Shown: piece by piece, positions 25,488-30,777 of the stretch | Position numbering within the stretch: position 1 is the first letter of the stretch | Layout: every line of letters begins with the position of its first letter | IMG/VR virus record: IMGVR_UViG_3300018405_000049 | Span: 1 to 30,777 of that record | Source of the DNA: a virus | Lineage: Duplodnaviria > Caudoviricetes | Length of the DNA stretch: 30,777 nucleotides | Reading direction: 5' to 3' (one strand) | Notes under the pieces: model-generated | Databases searched by the model: none | Seen by the model: the letters and a program-made list of their open reading frames with translations, nothing else | What the model was told of the DNA's origin: nothing | Made by a program: the position numbers and the translations under genes

Positions 25488-28487
25488 TTAATTATTCACT
25501 CCTTTCCCAAGTGTGTAATTACTTACAGTTGTGGCTGATACACCTATAGCTTTTGCTATTTCAGAAGTGGTGTAACCAGACGCTATCATTGCTTTTATTT
25601 TGTTCTTTTGAACAGGTGTTATGCTAGTCGTAGCTCTTGGTGTTGCTCTTTGTCTAAGCGTATCCGAATCTACATGATTGATGATCTCTGATAACTTATT
25701 AGGGCTTATAGCGCCAGCCTGTATTGCTTCCCATTCTCTATCACTAATAGGAATAGGTTCTCTTTTAGCACCAACAGCTAGTCTAGCTTTAACTAACTCT
25801 TGTTGACTGGCCTTCTTTATCTCACCTGAGGTCATATCGGGGTTGTCTTGTTTCTTTGCATTTATAACAGAATTAGCTATTGTTTGTGCATATCGTTCTC
25901 TAGCAGAATTCTTCTTAGAAATGTTTAGATTTGCTAATAGGGTGTTAACTTCTTGTTGATAAGTTTCTTTAGCAGAACTATTGTACTTGATATCTTCTGT
26001 GGAGATCATCTCTTTTCTAGCAGAGTTAGCTAACGCTTTCATTTGATTAGCGTATTCGCCATACAATTTTTCTTGTTGAGTGCCGGACGATAATGCTAAA
26101 GCATCTTTAGCCTCGGCCATCTTAGTACTAGGTTGTGTTCTCTCTTTAGTTTTCACTACAAAGTCATTAGTAGATTCACCATTCTCAACAGCTTTTCTAT
26201 ATGCTGCCATTTGTTCATTTGTTGGTTTCTCTAATTTCTTAGTCGTTGGATTACGATATTTAACAACATCATATGAACCATCGTTTCTAGTATCAACAAT
26301 AAAGTCGTCTGTGTTATCTCCATTTAATACTGCTTTTTTATACTGACTTAATTGAACAGCTGTTGGTTTTGTCAATTTTCCAGTAGTTGGATCTTTGTAT
26401 TTAACTACATCATAAGGAGTACTCGCTAATTTATACTTAAGTTCACCTGTGTCTGGATCAATTGTAGGGCTTCCTTTTCTCTTAAGAACTGAGGTTTCAG
26501 ACTTAGAACGAGAAATTAAAGTGGACGCGCCTTCTTTATATCGACCGTTTTCGTCTATCTTACCCTGATATTTTTTCTTTAGCAAAGCTATATTATTATC
26601 CAATTCACTCTGTTTGTAATCTAAATGATGTTTCTCGGCATCAATAACAACCATGCTATGTCTTACCGCTTTTGCTAATTCAGGCTCAGTAGCACCTTTT
26701 AATGTCATGTCAGTGATTAAATTAGAAATTCGACCCATCTCGGTTTGGGTGTTTCGCATTGGTCTGAATTCCCTATCGCCGCGATAATAATGTTCTGTTC
26801 CATCAGAATCTTTTGTAACTTTATCATATTGATATGATGACTTTGTATCAAACCCCTCTAATCCTTTTAACGGTTTGGTTGACAATATATTAATTTTATT
26901 GCCTGTTGGTATTGTCATAACTGCATCGCCGTCAAAGTCAGCACCCGATAATCTTTCGGCAACTTTACTATTTATACCTATAGCATCTACTGCATTACCT
27001 AAGATTCTAGCAGCATCTTTATGTTTATTGTTAACTGTTAGTATCGGTATTTCAAAAGTTCCACCATGCGGAAATCGAATTAACGCCAGTTTTTCCCCAT
27101 TTTGATAGGTTGGCGCATATACTTCAGTATCAGGAAGCGTTGTAACTGGAAGTATAACTTTATATTTTTGTCTAGGTAAAGCGGCGGCTTGCAAATGTAC
27201 TGCTGCTGAATCACAATCCTCAGCAAAAGTTTTAAGCATTACTTTTTTAATTGTAGGATTTGTTAATGCTTTTATTTCTTCATATTCAGCCACTTTATTA
27301 GCCGATGCGAGATTTAATTGCTTTTCGATTAATTGTTTTGGTTGCTTCGATAGAAATTGTGATGGTAGATGATCACTCCAATCACCCCAATCACCTTCTT
27401 CGGCTCTTTTATTAATTAATGATAGAGATTGTTTCTTGCCAGTGACAGGGTCTGTATAATCACCATTTGGGTCGTCATAGTATTTCTGTCCGCCAGCTTT
27501 AATTAAAGAACCAAAAGGATTATCAGGATCGGCGCTAATCTTTTTAAGAACATCCATCTTAGGAGTTCCTACTTTTTTATTAGTATTAAACATAACATCT
27601 ACGCCATCCGGTAGATCATCAGAATATATAGCCATACCTTTAAGATATCTATTGCCATCAACCAAAATTCTAACTTGAGCATAGTGTGAATTACCAAGAG
27701 ATAAATCTTCAACACCTCTGCGAAGCTCTATTACGCCATCTTTATGGACGCCTCCTTCTTCTGCGTATCGAATTTTTAATCTGCTAGAATCCATACTTTT
27801 AGGATATACAAAAGCATTAAAGGTATCGCCGCCATCATGTGAAACATATTTATCGACAATGCTATTGATCTTGTCAAATTGGTATATTTCTTTATGCTCT
27901 GTTCCTGGCGGACACAGTACTGTTAACGTTGTCATTTTTCCCGGATTAGTTACTTGTGGAACTCGACCGCCATATGTAGGGTAGCCATCTAATTCGCAAA
28001 TATACAGAGCCTCTTTCATTTTTTCTGGAGAAACACCTAAACTAATATTGACACCGGCCCCAACTTCAACCATTCCTAACTCATCAACTCGTGATTTAAG
28101 GAAGTCTGCTGTTTTTTTAGCCTGATTCATTCTGGCCTCGGCACCTTCATCCAAAAGTGATCTAATTGATGAGTCGTTATTATAACCCATTTCTTTTGTG
28201 ATTTGGGCTAAACTTAATCCGTTATCTCGTAATGTTTTAGCTCTGGCTGCTTCTACAGCTCTTCGTTCATCTCTTGCCAAAGATCTCTGAACTCTAAACT
28301 GAGTGGTTGTTAAACCCATTGCTTCTGCTATGTCATTATCGCTCTTACCGCTATCTTTCATCTCTTCATATCGACTAATAAAATCGCCACTATGTTGATG
28401 GGGGTTTTGACCAGACCCCCATGGATAACGACCAGATCTTCTAAGAACTCCGCTATGTTGGAGTATTTCTTCAATGATTGGATTCAT
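25488..28487 (-). CDS. Putative single-chain two-barrel (DPBB) RNA polymerase with terminal HTH domains
   Basis: LSGADFDGDAV (DFDGD at 26925-26939) preceded by ALIRFPH (RxP motif). HTH-like segments near the N-terminus and at the C-terminus (GYTTSEIAKAIGVSATTVSNY). Confidence 0.75.
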   Translation of the reverse strand: MNPIIEEILQHSGVLRRSGRYPWGSGQNPHQHSGDFISRYEEMKDSGKSDNDIAEAMGLTTTQFRVQRSLARDERRAVEAARAKTLRDNGLSLAQITKEMGYNNDSSIRSLLDEGAEARMNQAKKTADFLKSRVDELGMVEVGAGVNISLGVSPEKMKEALYICELDGYPTYGGRVPQVTNPGKMTTLTVLCPPGTEHKEIYQFDKINSIVDKYVSHDGGDTFNAFVYPKSMDSSRLKIRYAEEGGVHKDGVIELRRGVEDLSLGNSHYAQVRILVDGNRYLKGMAIYSDDLPDGVDVMFNTNKKVGTPKMDVLKKISADPDNPFGSLIKAGGQKYYDDPNGDYTDPVTGKKQSLSLINKRAEEGDWGDWSDHLPSQFLSKQPKQLIEKQLNLASANKVAEYEEIKALTNPTIKKVMLKTFAEDCDSAAVHLQAAALPRQKYKVILPVTTLPDTEVYAPTYQNGEKLALIRFPHGGTFEIPILTVNNKHKDAARILGNAVDAIGINSKVAERLSGADFDGDAVMTIPTGNKINILSTKPLKGLEGFDTKSSYQYDKVTKDSDGTEHYYRGDREFRPMRNTQTEMGRISNLITDMTLKGATEPELAKAVRHSMVVIDAEKHHLDYKQSELDNNIALLKKKYQGKIDENGRYKEGASTLISRSKSETSVLKRKGSPTIDPDTGELKYKLASTPYDVVKYKDPTTGKLTKPTAVQLSQYKKAVLNGDNTDDFIVDTRNDGSYDVVKYRNPTTKKLEKPTNEQMAAYRKAVENGESTNDFVVKTKERTQPSTKMAEAKDALALSSGTQQEKLYGEYANQMKALANSARKEMISTEDIKYNSSAKETYQQEVNTLLANLNISKKNSARERYAQTIANSVINAKKQDNPDMTSGEIKKASQQELVKARLAVGAKREPIPISDREWEAIQAGAISPNKLSEIINHVDSDTLRQRATPRATTSITPVQKNKIKAMIASGYTTSEIAKAIGVSATTVSNYTLGKGVNN

Positions 28488-28504
28488 TATTGTAATTCCT
28501 CCTC

Positions 28505-29050
28505 TTAACGAATTTTAGACAATATTTTATCAAATGTAATTATTTTATCCATAATTGGAAGTATATCTTCGGCAGTTGGTCTATCATATAATATTTCATC
28601 ATTCTGATAAATTCTCAATTCGGTTTCTATATCGGATGGCCTAATCTTGTATTCTAGACAAAATAGAGCATTATATATTCTCAATTGGTCCATATGAGCT
28701 GGTGTTATACCGCTCTTATAATCATGAACTCTTAAAAAGTCTTTTCTGAAATCAATTGTATCGGCAGTGCCAAAACAATTCGGCGAGTAATATAATACTT
28801 GCTCGGGCGTCATTTTAAAACCTATGGCGTCATTAACGTACATGTTTAATGTTTTCTTGGTAGCTGCTAGTTTCTGTCCCAAACGAATTGCTTGTGCTGC
28901 AAATTCATGAAGCTCAGTACCTTTTTGTACAGCCATCATTTTCATATACGAGTCTACAATTTTTTCATCGTCATATCTGATCCAATGATATTTACTAGCA
29001 CCTAAGAAGGCATGTAAACCATTAAGCTCGGAATGCTTGTTGAAGTCCAT
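28505..29050 (-). CDS. Cas4-like / PD-(D/E)xK exonuclease
   Basis: HAFLGAS, GTELHE, EQ, FGTADTI, VHDYKSG and QLRIY motifs of the RecB-family fold. Confidence 0.8.
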   Translation of the reverse strand: MDFNKHSELNGLHAFLGASKYHWIRYDDEKIVDSYMKMMAVQKGTELHEFAAQAIRLGQKLAATKKTLNMYVNDAIGFKMTPEQVLYYSPNCFGTADTIDFRKDFLRVHDYKSGITPAHMDQLRIYNALFCLEYKIRPSDIETELRIYQNDEILYDRPTAEDILPIMDKIITFDKILSKIR

Positions 29051-29312
29051 GTAATACCTCCTCTTTATTCTCTGGGCAAATGAATGCCGCGAACGACATA
29101 GCGTTCATCATATCAACATAATAATCCTGATTAGGTCGCTTGGAAGATTTAGAAGTTTTCTTTCCCTCTAACACTGCCCACCTTGGACCCCATAGAATTA
29201 ATAAATCTGAAATACCTTGAACCTCATTTGGATCGAGGTGAAATACTAAGCAACCCGGAAACAATTCTTTTATCTCTTTAATTAACTTTGTCTTAAATCT
29301 ACTTTCCAGCAT
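29022..29312 (-). CDS. VRR-NUC domain nuclease (Holliday junction resolvase-like)
   Basis: LESRFK...QGISDLLIL...LEGKK......RPNQ. ATG 29312 has a GGAAAGGAG RBS, so the track start 29381 lies inside the promoter motif. Confidence 0.8.
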   Translation of the reverse strand: MLESRFKTKLIKEIKELFPGCLVFHLDPNEVQGISDLLILWGPRWAVLEGKKTSKSSKRPNQDYYVDMMNAMSFAAFICPENKEEVLHGLQQAFRA

Positions 29313-29375
29313 TTTGGTAAGCTCCTTTCCAACTTTTCCCAAAACGTAAGAGAGGTTGGCCATTTTATTCTCTCT

Positions 29376-29404
29376 CTTCATAAAAGGACATGTTTTTTTC
29401 GCGT
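29376..29404 (-). promoter_or_regulatory. Phage promoter-like motif copy 3 (ACGCGAAAAAAACATGTCCTTTTATGAAG)
   Basis: Matches copies 1 and 2 and heads the nuclease-nuclease-RNAP operon. Confidence 0.7.
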
Positions 29405-29417
29405 GGTAAATTTTGGT

Positions 29418-29450
29418 AAAAAATAAGACACAATGTTACTCATGTCTTAT
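29418..29450 (-). terminator. Intrinsic terminator
   Basis: ATAAGACA...TGTCTTAT stem followed by TTTTT, just upstream of promoter motif copy 3. Confidence 0.6.
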
Positions 29451-29586
29451 GATTTTTTTCGTTTACGTAAAAGATAGTGTTGCTTATCCAGAGAGCACTA
29501 CCTATAATGGCGGTTATAATATCATCAAATAATATTGCGCCGAATATTATTATCCCGGAACATATAAACCCAAATCGATCGCCCAT
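29440..29586 (-). CDS. Possible small membrane protein (48 aa)
   Basis: Hand-translated MGDRFGFICSGIIIFGAILFDDIITAIIGSALWISNTIFYVNEKNHKT. Fills the gap to the terminator, weak RBS. Confidence 0.45.
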   Translation of the reverse strand: MGDRFGFICSGIIIFGAILFDDIITAIIGSALWISNTIFYVNEKNHKT

Positions 29587-29587
29587 G

Positions 29588-29797
29588 CTATTTCGCCGGC
29601 CTTCCATATTTTAACTGCATGTACTTGTTTGCTGACACAATATACACAACTGCTTCACCACCTTTAACTCCAAATCGCATTGGTGTGTCATCATCAATCT
29701 TATACAATAAGCAATTCTCATAGGACTTAATTTTAAATTCTCCAACAAACAAACCAATAAGTAAACCCGCAATTAGTGCTAATCCTATAAATAACAT
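29588..29797 (-). CDS. Small membrane-anchored protein (paralog of 29800-30000)
   Basis: N-terminal TM helix MLFIGL..., AGGAGG RBS. Confidence 0.75.
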   Translation of the reverse strand: MLFIGLALIAGLLIGLFVGEFKIKSYENCLLYKIDDDTPMRFGVKGGEAVVYIVSANKYMQLKYGRPAK

Positions 29798-29799
29798 AA

Positions 29800-30000
29800 T
29801 TATTTCCTCCTTGATATGATGCGTTCTAAATACATGTCTTCAGACACTAAATACGCAAATTTTAATTTACCGTCAACTTTAAAGTCAGTTGGTGTACAAT
29901 CGTCGATCTTTAGCTTTAAATAACGCTTATACGAATGTAGTCCAATTTCACCAAGAACAACGCCGATTATAAGCCCAATAACTAATCCTATAAACAACAT
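29800..30000 (-). CDS. Small membrane-anchored protein (paralog of 29588-29797)
   Basis: N-terminal TM helix MLFIGL..., AAGGAG RBS. Confidence 0.75.
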   Translation of the reverse strand: MLFIGLVIGLIIGVVLGEIGLHSYKRYLKLKIDDCTPTDFKVDGKLKFAYLVSEDMYLERIISRRK

Positions 30001-30016
30001 AACAATTCTCCTTACA

Positions 30017-30100
30017 CTATCCGAATATCTTTGATATGAGAAAACATAATACCGATCCTATTACAACAAAACAGATCGTACCGATTACAGCGATACTCAT
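30017..30100 (-). CDS. 27-aa hydrophobic peptide (MSIAVIGTICFVVIGSVLCFLISKIFG)
   Basis: Hand-translated, strong AGGAGG RBS, fills an intergenic gap. Confidence 0.55.
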   Translation of the reverse strand: MSIAVIGTICFVVIGSVLCFLISKIFG

Positions 30101-30109
30101 AAAAACCTC

Positions 30110-30373
30110 CTAAATATTATTTTCTTTATAATCAGCGATGGCTTTTAAAATACATTCAAAAACAGGTTGTTCAGTCAATAAGCATTCTCTTTCAAAAAAG
30201 CTAGGACCGCTCTTCCCTGTCCAATCACCAACAATATACAACGATGCTTTAGCTGTTAAAATATCTGTACCGGAACCATGATATAAAATATGAATTTCGT
30301 AAGCTGCTTTTGCGGCTATTACATATCGATAAATACCTCGTCCAATTTCAGTCCAATTTTTTAATTCTTTCAT
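30110..30373 (-). CDS. Hypothetical protein (87 aa)
   Basis: ORF with AGGAGG RBS. Confidence 0.75.
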   Translation of the reverse strand: MKELKNWTEIGRGIYRYVIAAKAAYEIHILYHGSGTDILTAKASLYIVGDWTGKSGPSFFERECLLTEQPVFECILKAIADYKENNI

Positions 30374-30399
30374 ACTGTTACCTCCTAAAATTCTTAAAA

Positions 30400-30686
30400 G
30401 CCCACTTGCCCACTTTTTTTGGCCAACTTTCTCTATATACTTAAACTTTTTATCACAATTAAATAGAAATAAAAGTGGGCAAGTGGGCAGAAGACCTTAC
30501 AAACGTTGAAATTTCAACGAAAAACCGCGCCCACTTTGCTTTTTAAAAGTGGGCAAAAACCCACATAAAGTGGGCAAAAACGTACTAATACTACTAAAAA
30601 GCACTCCACAGAATTCCCAAAAATCTACAAAATGCTAAAAAGCCCACTTTGTTTTTTTCAAAAGTGGGCACAGAATTCCCAAAAAT
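30400..30686. repeat. Iteron-like repeat cluster, probable replication origin
   Basis: Nine copies of AAGTGGGC/GCCCACTT in both orientations, an 18-bp perfect inverted repeat around a 53-nt AT-rich spacer, a 16-bp palindrome, and two copies of CACAGAATTCCCAAAAAT. Confidence 0.75.
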
Positions 30687-30687
30687 A

Positions 30688-30777
30688 CTAACTATTGTTA
30701 CGTAAGAATCTGATAACGATCCATATTAACCAGAGTCCTCCAGTACAAAGTGTCAGTACGACATCAAACAATATACC
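30688..30777 (-). CDS. Small membrane protein, 5'-truncated by window edge (...GILFDVVLTLCTGGLWLIWIVIRFLRNNS)
   Basis: Open frame from the window edge to TAG at 30688, with a hydrophobic TGGLWLIW motif. Confidence 0.6.
   Translation of the reverse strand, partial: GILFDVVLTLCTGGLWLIWIVIRFLRNNS

Noticed and set aside
309-27105. Other short plus-strand ORFs in the track (309, 1949, 3347, 3511, 4409, 5271, 14359, 16401, 22541, 24969, 25233, 26080 etc.)
   Set aside because: They overlap well-supported minus-strand genes or structured intergenic elements and lack recognisable features.
25488-28487. Literal RNA-dependent RNA polymerase or reverse transcriptase call
   Set aside because: DFDGD is the two-barrel motif, not the palm-domain GDD/YxDD. 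In a dsDNA phage a DNA-dependent activity is more parsimonious.
28505-30686. CRISPR-Cas interpretation of the Cas4-like gene plus nearby repeats
   Set aside because: Repeats are 8-18 bp, in mixed orientation and irregularly spaced, with no repeat-spacer periodicity and no cas1/cas2. Solo Cas4-like nucleases are common in phages.

Overview
The window is a ~31 kb segment of a low-GC tailed dsDNA phage (siphovirus morphotype, probably infecting a Bacillota host). Every credible gene lies on the minus strand. Read in transcription order (right to left) it contains: an iteron-like repeat cluster (probable replication origin, 30400-30686); small membrane-protein genes; a VRR-NUC nuclease; a Cas4/PD-(D/E)xK-like nuclease; a 999-aa protein with the two-barrel RNA polymerase catalytic motif GADFDGD; a structured non-coding gap (candidate late promoter, genome end and ~110-nt RNA stem-loop); and a head module (putative TerS, HNH, SH3 protein, adaptor, a cluster of small proteins sharing an N-terminal LxH[YF]GxKGMHWG motif, one with an ADP-ribosyltransferase-like domain, TerL, portal, protease-capsid fusion). 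These are followed by neck and tail genes with an embedded amidase, tape measure, Dit, Gp37-like and fibre genes, a holin, and an accessory region with a repeated 29-bp phage promoter-like motif, a tRNA-like cloverleaf with an aberrant anticodon arm, and a gene frameshifted at an (AT)6 tract. The gene order resembles Lactococcus 1706 / Rhodococcus ReqiPepy6-Poco6-like phages (from recall, not a search). The strongest candidate for an undescribed system is a shared His-based peptide tag linking the RNA polymerase, the ADP-ribosyltransferase, several small proteins, the portal tail and the capsid precursor. I infer this may be a capsid-loading and protease-maturation signal for injected host-takeover cargo, possibly working with the ACGCG promoter motif. 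All functional calls are by eye; no database searches were run.
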